Assembly: GCF_006345805.1 (NCBI RefSeq)
Contig: NW_021833454.1
Coordinates: 9,673 to 73,672 of the forward strand
Direction of reading: 5' to 3'
DNA length: 64,000 bases
DNA from: Octopus sinensis
Taxonomy: Eukaryota
The translations under genes and the position numbers were made by a program. The notes under the pieces are model-generated. The model worked only from the letters and a program-made list of their open reading frames with translations, was not told the origin of the DNA and did not search any database. Positions 13,060 through 25,534 of the stretch are shown here, piece by piece. Positions within the stretch are counted from its first letter, which is position 1. Each line of letters begins with the position of its first letter.

Positions 13060-13110
<51 letters not shown>

Positions 13111-13166
13111 TGTGTGTGTGTGGCACAGATGAAGAGAAGGTCTGTGTGTATCCGTGCGCATCTGCG

Positions 13167-13672
13167 TGTATACGTGAATGAAAGCAGAAAGTCTATGCGG
13201 ATCTATCTGCCCGAGAGCGGATGCAACATGGTCCTCTGCAAAGAACTTCTCTATCACAGGTCCAAGTTTCGGTTCTACCACGTGGCATCTTGGGCAAGTA
13301 TTTTTTACCGCAGCCTCGCGTCGGCTTATGTCTTCTGATTGAAACTGGATAGACGAAAACTGTAAGGAAGCTCTTCAGAGTGTTTGTACGTATATTCAAA
13401 GTGTCACGCTGATTCACAACTGTGAAATACTCGGCCACTTGCAGGTTAATTCAATGAGTAGATGAATTAATCAAAGGACAGAATATATCCATCGTTCAAA
13501 CCGAAAAACGACGGAGATCCACTGATTAAGTGTAGGTGTGAGGGCGGGAGAAAGTGTACAAAGACCAGGCCTGGTTTGTGTGTGTGTGGAGGGGATGAAA
13601 GACTGTACTTCTCTGTATTAGGGACAGTTTTATGTGTGTATATTTGTGTTCTTATATACACACATATATATA

Positions 13673-13719
<47 letters not shown>

Positions 13720-14227
13720 GTTTATATATATGTGTGTATATAAGAACACAAATATACACACATAAAACTGTCCCTATACAGAGAAGTACAGTCTTTCATC
13801 CCCTCCACACACACACAAACCAGGCCTGGTCTTTGTACACTTTCTCCCGCCCTCACACCTACACTTAATCAGTGGATCTCCGTCGTTTTTCGGTTTGAAC
13901 GATGGATATATTCTGTCCTTTGATTAATTCATCTACTCATTGAATTAACCTGCAAGTGGCCGAGTATTTCACAGTTGTGAATCAGCGTGACACTTTGAAT
14001 ATACGTACAAACACTCTGAAGAGCTTCCTTACAGTTTTCGTCTATCCAGTTTCAATCAGAAGACATAAGCCGACGCGAGGCTGCGGTAAAAAATACTTGC
14101 CCAAGATGCCACGTGGTAGAACCGAAACTTGGACCTGTGATAGAGAAGTTCTTTGCAGAGGACCATGTTGCATCCGCTCTCGGGCAGATAGATCCGCATA
14201 GACTTTCTGCTTTCATTCACGTATACA
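13167..14227. repeat. ~1.06-kb near-perfect palindrome centred on (TA)n
   Basis: 13167-~13680 is the reverse complement of ~13715-14227. The ORF track shows identical mirror ORFs (13193-13438 and 13956-14201). One 1-bp indel was seen. Confidence 0.97.
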
Positions 14228-14289
14228 TATATATATATATGTGTGTGTATATATATATTTATATACATATCTGTGTTTATGCGTGTGTG

Positions 14290-14495
14290 TTTATGTTTGT
14301 CCTCCACAACCGCTTGACAACTAGTGTTGGTTTGTTTATATCCCCGTAGCTTAGCGGTTCGGAAAAAGTGATCGATAGAATAAGAGGCTTTATAAAGTAC
14401 TGGGATCGATTCAATTGACTGAAACTTCTTCAAGGCGGTGCTTCAGCATGGCCGCAGCCTAATGACTGAGACAAGTGAAAAATAAAAGTTAAAAG
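14290..14495 (+). mobile_element. SINE family A, 3' half
   Basis: Tail GGCGGTGCTTCAGCATGGCCGCAG..GACTGAGACAAG. Confidence 0.8.
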
Positions 14496-14513
14496 ATCGA
14501 TCGATCGATAGAC

Positions 14514-14564
<51 letters not shown>

Positions 14565-14593
14565 CAGACAGACAGACAGACAGGCAGACAGAC

Positions 14594-14750
14594 AGACGGG
14601 CTTCTTTCAGTTTCCATCTACCAAATCCACTTACAAGGCTTTGGTCAGCTCGAGGCTATAGAAGAAGACACTTGCCCAAGGTACCACGCAGTGGGACTGA
14701 ACCCGGAACCATGTGGTTGGGAAGCAAGCTTCTTACCACTACAACACCTA
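14594..14750 (-). mobile_element. SINE family A, 5' half
   Basis: GACGGGCTTCTTTCAGTTTCC..GGGACTGAACCCGGAACCATGTGGTTGG. Confidence 0.8.
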
Positions 14751-15049
14751 CAGATTTTGTATTGAATTCAGACTCACCACCAAAAGCTGCCACGTTTCGG
14801 ATACGAATACTTTTATGAAAACGGAAACCGTATTCGTAAACGGAACGTCATAACTTTCGATGTTGAGTCTGGATTGTATAGAAAATCCATAGAGATGAGC
14901 TTCAAAATACGACCATCACATTTGCTAGCAGCCGCGATTATCAGTTGTGAATTTTTAATATACTTGAAGGTATGTTATTGTTGCAAAACGAGATACTGTG
15001 TTCTTGCTAGCAGTTAATATTTAGATATACGTATATGCATATGTATGTA

Positions 15050-15360
15050 TTTATTCTTTTATTTGTTCCAACAAGAAGCTGGATCCATGCTGGAACACCG
15101 CTTTTCAGCGCTTTGGGGGTCTCCTTTCGATACTGTTTTTGGTGAAGAAGCGATCTGGACGAAGCTGCTCGTCTTTGTGTCTCCTTCCGCGATGTGGGCT
15201 CACCTGGGATTTCCGATGCAAATTTCTCCAGGTACTTTTTGAAGGTTTCCACATCTACACCTTGCAGGTCCCTTTAACATCCTTGACAGGGTGTTAAACG
15301 GTTGTGGTGCCCTGAAACCTAAGCTGTTGCAATACTGGGTCCTTATCCGAGATGGAGAAA
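15050..15360 (-). mobile_element. CR1-clade LINE 3' fragment
   Basis: Translates to ..SRIRTQYCNSLGFRAPQPFNTL..VETFKKYLEKF..IPGEPTSRKETQRRAASSRSLLHQK, homologous to 59380-59600. Confidence 0.8.
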
Positions 15361-15659
15361 AAGACGTATATATATAATCTATGTACATAATTGAAATATA
15401 TATTCTAAAGTTAATTCATAATTAGTTGCATCCTATTAATGGAAGAATTAAGTGACGAGAGTTTATTAATCTCCAAAGGCATGAGGCGGCCAAAACGGCA
15501 GATAAAAGGAAGAAAGACAACAAAACTGTTCAACAGCATGACTATAGAGATTGCCGTTTGGTGTAATTTCCAAATAATCAGTCTTTGATCTATCATTCAG
15601 TAATGATGTCATAAAATTCCAACGCTAATTAAAACTAAATGACTACTTGTGTCTTTTAT

Positions 15660-16040
15660 TATTATTATTTGTGTCAGTCATTAGAGAGCGGTCATGCTGG
15701 GGCACAGCCTTCAAAAATTTTAGCCGAATGAATCGACCCCAGCTCTTATTTTTTTAAAGCCTGACACTTATTCTATCGGTCTTTCTTTTTGCCGAACTGC
15801 AAAGTTATGGGACTTAAACACACCAACATCGGTTGTCGAGTGCTGGAAAACAACCCTGCCACAAACACACCCACAACACACACATATAGAACGTGATTCT
15901 TTGAGTTTCCATGTACCAAAACCACTCACAAGGCTTTGATCTCCCCGAGAGTATAATAGAAGACCCAAGGAGCCGCACAGTGAGGCTGAACCCGGATCCA
16001 TGTGGTTGGGAAGCAAACATTTTACTACGCAGTCACACCG
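15660..16040 (-). mobile_element. SINE family A, full length
   Basis: Head, body and tail are all present in reverse orientation. Confidence 0.8.
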
Positions 16041-16834
16041 TCTCTTTTTTAACCGTTTATTAGACACACGGTGTTTATTCTTAGACTTTACTCTTTAACA
16101 TTAGCAAACAAATCTTGACAATCTTTATAATAATCCATCACTCTATAAAGTACCAAATCCTTAAAACAAAGCGCTCTTAAATAGTAGTTAAAAAAAATTA
16201 ATTAATTAAAGAACGTTAATTATTATTAATATTACGGCCCAATAGGCGGTAAATAACAAAAAGTCCACTACTAAATATGGCATAAACTACCATATTCACT
16301 CAGTACAAGAAGACCGATATGCAACACACATTCTTCATCTTGTAAGAACCAATGTTTTCCCTGACATAAGTAGAGGAAATACTTTAACCAAAACTCGCTT
16401 AAAGTAAGCTACTTGGGACAAATGAACTTGGTCAGCACCTTACAATGAATTAATGAGAAAATAATGAATAATTCTAATCACTGAAGCATAGCCATAAAAT
16501 ACAGAAATGCAATTACGATTTAAATAATTATTACCCGTAAAATGAAAATATCAGTTATATATGCACCCGCTCTCACATCTAACGTTGATTATATGGGTAT
16601 TACCGCAGGCCAATTTAAGAATAGACCCCATCAACATAAACACATATTTTGGCTAGTTCAATGAAAACGGAATACAAGACTTGTAATACACATCTGCTTT
16701 AATAAAATAACAATATGCGGTTACTAATAAGAAGGGTTGAAATTAATGGATGCAAGATTTCACTCCTTCGTGGTCAGCCTATAAGGTTTTCAGCCCACTC
16801 TTGTAAGGACTGTGATTTGGTAGAACCATTAGTA

Positions 16835-17050
16835 ATTCGGACAAAATACTTAGTGGCATTTCTTCCGTATCATTATATTCTGAGTTGAAAATCATACCGA
16901 GGTTGACACTTTACCTTTCAGCTTTTCGGGGTCGGCAAAACAAAGTACCAGTAAAATACTGGGATTGAGGTAATCACTTACCACCTTCCTCCTAAAATTG
17001 CTGGCCTTGTGCAAAAAGCAGAAAGATTATTATTATTATCATCACCATCA
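16835..17050 (+). mobile_element. SINE family B, diverged
   Basis: TTCTGAGTTGAAA..CGAGGTTGAC..TTTCGGGGTCGG..AAGTACCAG..GGCCTTGTGC followed by an (ATT)n tail. Confidence 0.7.
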
Positions 17051-17514
17051 TTATTATTATTATTATTGTTACTTGTTTGCTTTATCCGATTAAATTGTGC
17101 AAACAACGCAATAAAATATAAACAACAACGCAAATATCAATCATAAATATCTCCAGCGTTATCACCGCCACCACCACCACCAACAGCAGCAGCAACTACA
17201 ACAACAGCAGCAACAACAACAACAGCAACAACAACAACAACAACAACACAACAACAACAACAACGCTCACAATAGCGTTGGTTATCTCCCCAGATAGTTA
17301 TACCTTGATGTGGGCCAACTATCTTATCTAACAAGTGTCTCCTTGACAGAGGAATAATAAACCAGATCAGGCGTTCGACTCCTCTCGCTCGCAACTTTTG
17401 ACGAAAGCAGTAATGTGGTAAGCTCCCAATGATAACTGGCTCACTTTCTCTCCCCGGTTTTATAGTTTCACTTCACCTTAATTTCTAGTGAACTTCAGAT
17501 TATATATATATCTT

Positions 17515-17609
17515 CTATCTTTTACTTGTTTCAGTCATTTGATTGCGGCCATGCTGGGACACGGATTTGAAGAAGACATTTTGTCGAATGAACTTGGTCA
17601 ACACCTTAC

Positions 17610-17668
<59 letters not shown>

Positions 17669-17910
17669 AAGCCTGGTCTTTTTGTCAAACCGCTCAGTTA
17701 CGGACCGCAAGCACTTCAACATCCGGTTGTCAAGTAGAGAAACACAGAGACAAAACCAGACACACATATATATATACGACAGGCTTCTTTACAGTTTCAG
17801 TCTACCAAATCTACTTACAAGGCTGTAGTGGAAGACACATGCCCAAGGTATCACGCAGTGGGACTGAACCTGAGACCATGTGGTTGGGAAGGAAGCCTCT
17901 TATAACATTG
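17515..17910 (-). mobile_element. SINE family A
   Basis: Tail, (TA)n spacer and head are present in reverse orientation. Confidence 0.75.
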
Positions 17911-17951
17911 CACCACCTGCCAATATCTATCTATCGGTCGATCTGTCTATC

Positions 17952-17985
<34 letters not shown>

Positions 17986-17989
<4 letters not shown>

Positions 17990-18190
17990 ATCCAAACAAG
18001 AAAACAAAAGAACACAACAACGCAAGGACGTGGAACAAATAAAGTATTATTGGACGCTCAGGAAGGAAGGGAAGAGGGAGGGTTTAACGTTTCGAGCGGA
18101 GCTCTTCGTCGGAAACATAGGAGAAGGAAAGATCCAGAGAAGGGAAGACAGAGGAAAAAAAATCGCCAGTGGTACTCACGAGGTCACATA
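17986..18190 (-). ncRNA. PLE-LTR-like fragment with minimal hammerhead (CCGACGA core)
   Basis: Minus strand 18082-18116 reads GTTT-CCGACGA-A-GAGC-TCC-GCTC-GAAA-CGT-T-AAAC. Stem III is the palindrome AACGTT. The fragment ends in (TA)n. Confidence 0.7.
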
Positions 18191-18535
18191 TATATATATA
18201 TATACAGACACACACACACACATAATTTAGTAATTATTGGTTTTAACCTTGGGTATAAACCACTTAATATGACACTACTTAACAGATAAAGACGCGTAGT
18301 TTAGTAGTTAGGATGCTACACTCGCGTTTGGTAGTTCGTGGTTTCCATTCCCGGACCGGTCGAAACGTTTTCTTTCATGCTCTTAAAACACTTGTCGCGA
18401 AGACATAGATCTAACCCTTATATGTATATATATATATATATGTGTGTGTGTATGTATGTATGTGTGTATGTATTATGTACGTACGTATGTATGTGTGTAT
18501 GTATGTAGGTATGTACGTATGTATGTATGCATATA

Positions 18536-19598
18536 TATCAAAGAGGTCAAATTGTTGGTGCTCGTAAGGTAGGCGCTAGCTTACCGAGAACAGCTGAAAT
18601 GTTTGGTGTATCAAGAAGTACTGTCTCGAAAGTAATGGCAGCCTTTAAGAAAGAAGGAAAAACTTCCTCGTGGAAACAAAACTCCGGAAGAAAACCAAAA
18701 CTTTCAGATAGGAACCGTCGGACTCTTACGTGGATTGTTTGAAAGGATCACTAAAGTTCAGCTCCCAAAATTACTGCAAAGTTAATGACCACCTTGAGAA
18801 GCCAGTTTCCACAAAAACTGTTTTCCGGATTTCACGGGAGGGCTGCAATCAGAAAATCAGAAAATCACTACTTTCAAAAACAAACGTTGCACAGCATTTA
18901 GAGTGAAGCAAAAACCTACAGAACTTGTCCCTAGAGCAGTGGAAGAATATTATTTTCTCGGACGAGTCATCCTTTACCTTATTTCCGACCACAAGCCGAG
19001 TATATGTGTGAAGACAGCCAAAAGAAGCATTTGGCCCAGACTGCCTTCTTCCAACTGTTAAACATAGAGTAGGATCTGTAATGATCAGTGGAAGTGTGTG
19101 CTATATCTTGGAAATCTCTTGGCCCAATGGTTTCCCTTCATGGCAGAATTAATAGTCAAGACTATTTAAGCATCTTATCTGTTCAAATTCATCCTATGGT
19201 TGCGGAAGTGCATCCGGAGGGAGATGCAATCTTTCAGGATGATAATACACCAATTCACACAGCTAAAGTTGTTACTGAATGACACGAGGAACATTCTAGT
19301 GAAGTTGCACATCTTATCTGGCCACCACAGACCCCAGGTCTCAATATTATTGAACATTTATGGTGCATTTTAGAAAAACAAGTAAGGAGTCGATATCCTC
19401 CACCATCATCACTACCAGAACTGAAGACTGTTTTTGCTAATGAATGGAGGAAGATTACTTTGGAAGCAATTCAAACTTTGTATGAGTCCATACCTCATAG
19501 AATTCAAGGTGTAATTACTGCCAAAGGCGGTCCTACCCCATATTAAAATTAATTTGATTGAAATTTTCAGGTGTTTCCATTATTTCATCCAACACCTG
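18536..19598 (+). mobile_element. Tc1-family transposon, 5'-truncated, D-x36-E triad
   Basis: YQRGQIVGARKVGAS..NSGRKPKLS, IFSDESSF, FQDDNTPIH, WPPQTPGLNIIEHLW and GGPTPY* (19546). The right end is ..CCAACACCTG followed by TA. The 5' end is replaced by (TATG)n. Confidence 0.9.
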
Positions 19599-19854
19599 TA
19601 TATATATATACCGGAGTGTCTGTATATGTATGTGGTTTACACACATCTATCTGTGTATGTTGATATATATGTATAGTTTAATATGAATTTGTACTGCCAT
19701 GTAATATTTTAATGCATTTTAACATTTTAATTTCAATTTCCATGTATTAATTATATTTCCTTCATTAAGGTCAATATGTATTTTATTCAATGTAAGGTTT
19801 TTCCTCGAATTTTATAATTTTTATAATTTTTTATATATATATATATATATATTT

Positions 19855-20055
19855 TTTGAGATCATTTTTGTTTATCGCTCGAAAATTGACCGTTATTTCT
19901 AAAGGGCCAATCAAACAATTCCATTTTTAAAGGTGTAGCGGTTGTACTAGTCTGGATAGAATTGACATATCGGTTCCATTCTAGCAAAAACTGTCCGATG
20001 AACGGCAACGGGAAACTCAGAGTAACAGGTTTTGTTGAATTTTATGCTGCTTTAA

Positions 20056-20057
<2 letters not shown>
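19855..20057 (+). ncRNA. PLE-LTR-like fragment with hammerhead (CCGAUGA core)
   Basis: 19991-20028 reads CTGT-CCGATGA-ACG-GCAA-CGG-GAAA-CTCAGAG-T-A-ACAG. CCAATC lies upstream. Paralogue of 24390-24660. Confidence 0.7.
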
Positions 20058-20117
<60 letters not shown>

Positions 20118-20759
20118 CACATAGTTAAACATAATTCATTATTCGCTCGTAAAACCACAACTAAAAGTTTCATGAAGACGGGTTCCCTGATGAGTAATTA
20201 ATCTCATAAACCTCAGTTATTTATTTACCATAAGCATGAACGTTTATTCTCACCCTTCTCGTGTATTTTATCATTACAGTGATTCTCTAATCACTAATTC
20301 AGCCTGTACAGTGAAGTCTATGAATGGCTGTGGACGTCGAATGTAAGCCAGACATGTTCAGATTTGTCTCCCTTGTTGAATGTCAACACAGAAGTACTGT
20401 TAATCACTGAAATCAACTGTTAATTGTACTTTTACTCTTAAATAGATTTAATTAAATTTGTTTATTTCTTTGTATTAAATATGCTAAAACTAATTTAATT
20501 ATGGCTACCCAAAAAGCCAGCCAGACAGCCAGACTGCCAGACAGTCATACAGCCAGACAGGCAGTCAGCCATTCAACCGCTTCTAATTCGGTTTCAAGGT
20601 CAACATTATATTATATGGCATTAGTCAGTTTTCTATACAAGCAGTCTTCCGCAAACCTAGTTCAGTCTTAAGCTCAATGTATAGCCATTGTGAACAGATG
20701 CGTGCGTATATGTGTGTGCATGTGTGTGTGGGAATGTGTTCGGGTGTATATACACACAC

Positions 20760-20855
20760 ACACACACAATATATATATATATATATATATACATATGCTT
20801 ATATCTATATAACATAAGTATATATTTATATCTCCATTTGTCTATATATAGCTAT

Positions 20856-20902
<47 letters not shown>

Positions 20903-20981
20903 ATGTATATGTATATATAATATATATATTATAATATATTGTATGTATGTATAATGTATATGTATATATATAAATTTGTAG

Positions 20982-21042
<61 letters not shown>

Positions 21043-21170
21043 ATGTATATATATATATGTATATATATATGTATATATATATATGCATATATATGTTACA
21101 TATGTATATATATTATATATATATATATATATATAATATATATATATACATATGGATGTATATACTTATA
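20760..21170. repeat. (TA)n/(TATG)n compound microsatellite
   Basis: Seen directly. Confidence 0.95.
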
Positions 21171-21595
21171 AATATATGTACACAAACAGACATAAATACA
21201 CATAAACGTGCACACACACAAATATGCATACATGAGTATATATACACATAGATGTATGAATCTTGTATGTTTAGATGTACGAGTATTTATACACCACACC
21301 TGCAATGTAGGCAAATGTTGTACATTTGGTATCGCCCCCTACTTTCTTTCCTTTCACCTCTCCTATTCCTTTTATTTCCTTTGTAAAGGTTAAGACCCAA
21401 AACCTTAGACCCTCGCCCATTCCTTTCATTTGCCGCTCACATTCTTTACTGAAGACGCAGTTTCTTTATTTCTTCATTGTTTCATTTACAACACCTTTTT
21501 CCGTCACGTGTTTTACTTTCGGACTTCATAGGTTTTCGTTTGTTTACTCCTTACATTATTATCGTGTGTGTTTTACCTACGATACATACGTACGT

Positions 21596-21626
<31 letters not shown>

Positions 21627-21781
21627 TACATACACACATACATACACACACATATATATGTATGTATGATACATATAATATATATATATATATTGGTGTC
21701 CTGTACTCATATATGCGTGTATATATACATGTAGAGGTAGGTACGTACATATATGTATATATGCATATGTTTTATTTATTA

Positions 21782-21837
<56 letters not shown>

Positions 21838-23666
21838 ATATATATACATGCATGCCCATATAGATAGATAGATAAATATACAAACGTACACACACATGCA
21901 CACATACACACACACATATATAAGTTTATATTTAGCGAGACGTTATGGGAACGATTGAGGGTAAAAGGACAATTAGACGTGAAACTCCTCTCATCATCCT
22001 TTGAGACAAGAGTCATGCAAGTTTCGGCACGCTCAAGTCCAGATGCTTAATCTCACGGAACTATTGACTTGGGTTTGCCAGCGAGCATTGCCGAGATGGC
22101 GACATTAAGAAAACAAATGTTTAGTACCCAGAGAACAACGCCATACAAGTGAAACGGAAAAGATTTATAGTAAAGATTATTGTAGCACAGTAAAGGAAAA
22201 TGGGGAACGAATATTGCATATTCTTCATCTTGGCTCAGTTGTTCAGTCGGTGTTTCCTATATATCTTCGTTAAAACTATTTCTTGTTAGAATATTGCTGT
22301 AAGAGGAAACGTTTTCATTTTGAGAATTCCTGTTAGGGAATGGGTTAGAGATTCTCCTTATGCCATCTACGAGATTCTTAATTTTGGCTCAGTGGGAGTG
22401 AATGCTTAGAATTATAACCGATGTACGTGTACGTGTACGTGTGGTGTGTGTGTGTGTGTGTGTGTGTGTAGTCTCCTCGAGTGGCTTTCTGTAGGGGCGA
22501 TGTTTCTGAGTGATCAGTTCTAAATATACTTTAACCCTTCATAGGTTGATGCTAATGATGATATTTCGGATTGTGTTCTTGGAATATGTCTGCCAGGCAT
22601 TTCCCCAATTTATGAGGTTGTCATTCATATAATAATAAACTACTGAACCAATTTACGGCGGCAAATTAGCAAAATGCCTTATGGTATTTGTTTCGATTCT
22701 GTAGGCTCTGAGTTTATATCCCGCTCCGATCAACTTTGCTTTTCATCCCTTGAGATTGATAAAATATATATACCGATCCAGAATTGCTAAGAGATCGGAC
22801 AAGGTGCCACGTGATTTCTGTTCCGGCTTTGTGCATTCCCAGTGTAAATTCAAAATCCCACCTTGTTACCGAAACAGTGACACGTCTATCGGAAATTGAT
22901 CGACAGACAGGATTAGCACTTTAAAAAAACGGGCACATAGAAGATCGAATTACCACCATCGCTAAAACCATCATTTCTGTGCAGTTCAGAGTCAAGACTC
23001 AGTGTATGTTCGTTGAAGCCGTCTAACACAAAAAGGTTCAGAACTTCGCCAATTTCCGCTCGATTGTATCTTTCCACGAAAATGTCGATTGCACTGTAGA
23101 TTACCCATTTTTTTCATCCCCGTCGAAGTCCTTGAGTGTCTTCCCGTTGGCCGTTATCTTCCAAGTATTCATGTCGCTTTAGCTGAATTCCTGGAATTTC
23201 AAAACAAGAGGTTTAGATACACATGAAGAAAAGACTGCTAATATATCGAACTGGGTAAATCACAACGTTCTTTGTTATCTTTAGCGACAAACCTGTTGAT
23301 AAGGATGGCTCTGAAATCCCACTGTACTAATCGCATGGTATTTCTTATCTAAAGTGTAACCACGACCAATGAACGTATGGTAACTAAACCAAATAGTGTT
23401 TAGAAGTGGCGTATGTTATTATACTAACATTGGAACGGGATAGAAAATGGCTTTCGTAGCTTTCAATATTAATCTAAAGGATATACATGTCCGGGCGTTA
23501 CATGCTGTCGGCTGTTTTTAACTGGTGGATTACTGTGCCTGCTTTTTTTGTCTCTCTCTCTTTCTCTCATTTACCTTCATTCAGTTTGTCCATGTGTATA
23601 CATAGTTATACGTGGTGTGTGTACGTATAGACACACACGCATACTATATATATCTGTATATATATA

Positions 23667-23721
<55 letters not shown>

Positions 23722-23727
<6 letters not shown>

Positions 23728-23970
23728 AATCCAAACGGGAAACAAAAAAACAACAACAATGGAACAATTACAGTATTATTATTAATAGGCGCTCAGGAAA
23801 AGGAAGCAGGGAGGTACGTTTCGAGCGGAGCTCTTCGTCGGAAACATAAAGAAGGAAGAGAGAGGAAAGAAAGATCCCAGAGCGGGCAACAGGGAAGAGA
23901 AAAAAGACGACTGGTGTTTACGAGTTGCACATGGTGAAAGGCGGATGTTTACGAAACAGAGCAAAGTGGG
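23722..23970 (-). ncRNA. PLE-LTR-like fragment, same family as 17986-18190 (CCGACGA hammerhead, stem I partly lost)
   Basis: ACGTTTCGAGCGGAGCTCTTCGTCGGAAACAT at ~23816-23847 is identical to the core at 18087-18118. Confidence 0.65.
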
Positions 23971-24317
23971 TTTTTAAAGGCAAAAGAGTGGAGACAAGGT
24001 TGGTAACGCAACAGATGTGTGTGTATGTGTGAGTGTGTGCGTGTGCGTGTGTGTATGTGTGTGTGTGAGGCGAGATGAAAAAACAAAAAATATATATGTG
24101 TGTCTTAGTGTGTGCGTCTGTGTGTAGGCGTGTGAGTAGGGCGAGATAGTGGTCAGCTTAGCAGACAAAGGTCAGTAGTAAGAAAAAGAAGGAAGGAGGA
24201 AGGGAGGGAGGGGAAGGGGTGGGGGCGTATGTAGCGTGCCAGCGTGTGTTGAGTAGTAGTGTGTGTGTGTGTCCAGTGTCCTGGTGGTATAAATGGCGAG
24301 TAGATTGAATGTATATA

Positions 24318-24660
24318 TACTTTATTTTAAGCAGCAGAAAATTCAACAAAATCTGTTACTCTGAGTTTCTCGTTGCCATATATACATATATTTTTGACCT
24401 TTTTGTTTATCGCTCGAAGTTTTTTCTAAAGGGCCAATCAAACAAGTCCATTTTTTTTAAAGGTGTAGCGTTTGTAAGAGTCTAGATTGAATTGATATAT
24501 CGGTTCTATTCTAGCAAAAACTGTCTGATGAACGGCAACGAGAAACTCAGAGTAACAGATTTTGTTGAATTTTCTGCTGCTTAAAATAAAGCATATTACT
24601 CTACCACTGGTATTTGAGTACTCTTTTTTCCACCTTGTTTCACATTTATGTGTTTACTCC
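24318..24660 (+). ncRNA. PLE-LTR-like fragment with CUGAUGA hammerhead plus an upstream inverted partial copy
   Basis: 24521-24558 reads CTGT-CTGATGA-ACG-GCAA-CGA-GAAA-CTCAGAG-T-A-ACAG. ~24318-24378 is the reverse complement of ~24534-24595. Confidence 0.75.
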
Positions 24661-24738
24661 GGTATATATATATATATATATATACGAAAATATATATGTA
24701 TATATATATATATATATATAATAATAATAATATATATG

Positions 24739-24805
<67 letters not shown>

Positions 24806-24879
24806 CATATATAAATTCAGGGTGAATACTTGATAAATGTAAGCACCTGTATATGCCATCTAGTAGCATAGGTGAGAGG

Positions 24880-25510
24880 ATATATGTATCAAATGAAATA
24901 AAGGAAAAACACGACACAAAGGATGTTGCGGTACATATGTTTCGAGCTTTATAGAACAACTTATTCTTACATCAATGCATAATCGACATAACAGATAGTT
25001 CAAAAGCCCTCTTCGGCCGCATGCAATTGCTATACCAAAGACTTGTATCACATTGTGGTGAAAGGTTTGAGAAAAAACATTTGGTATTGTTTATAAAGGT
25101 AGGTAAAACGAGTATCACTGGGAAAGTATGTTTGTAAATCTTCATAGGCGTACATGGCATTATTAGACTCAGTATTCATTCTATATTGAGTGAGAAAGCG
25201 GCATAGACGATTTGTTTTGGAGTCTAATAATACCATGTACGCCTATGAAGATTTACAAACATACTTTCCCAGTGATACTCGTTTTACCTACCTTTATAAA
25301 CAATACCAAATGTTTTTTCTCAAACCTTTCACCACAATGTGATACAAGTCTTTGGTATAGCAATTGTATGTGGCAGAAGAGGGCTTTTGAACTATCTGTT
25401 ATGTCGATTATGCATTGATGTAAGAATAAGTTGTTCTATAAAGCTCGAAACATATGTACCGCAACATCCTTTGTGTCGTGTTTTTCATTTATTTCATTTG
25501 ATACATATAT
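24880..25510. repeat. 290-bp inverted repeat with 49-nt spacer; each arm carries a long-loop-II hammerhead
   Basis: Arms are ~24880-25170 and ~25220-25510, with about 5 mismatches counted. Hammerheads lie at 24927-25021 (-) and 25369-25463 (+). Confidence 0.9.
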
Positions 25511-25534
25511 ATATATACATATATATACATAAAT

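Noticed and set aside
22790-22880. ACAAGGTG/CACCTTGT stem followed by GAAAC
   Set aside because: No recognisable core or NUH site.
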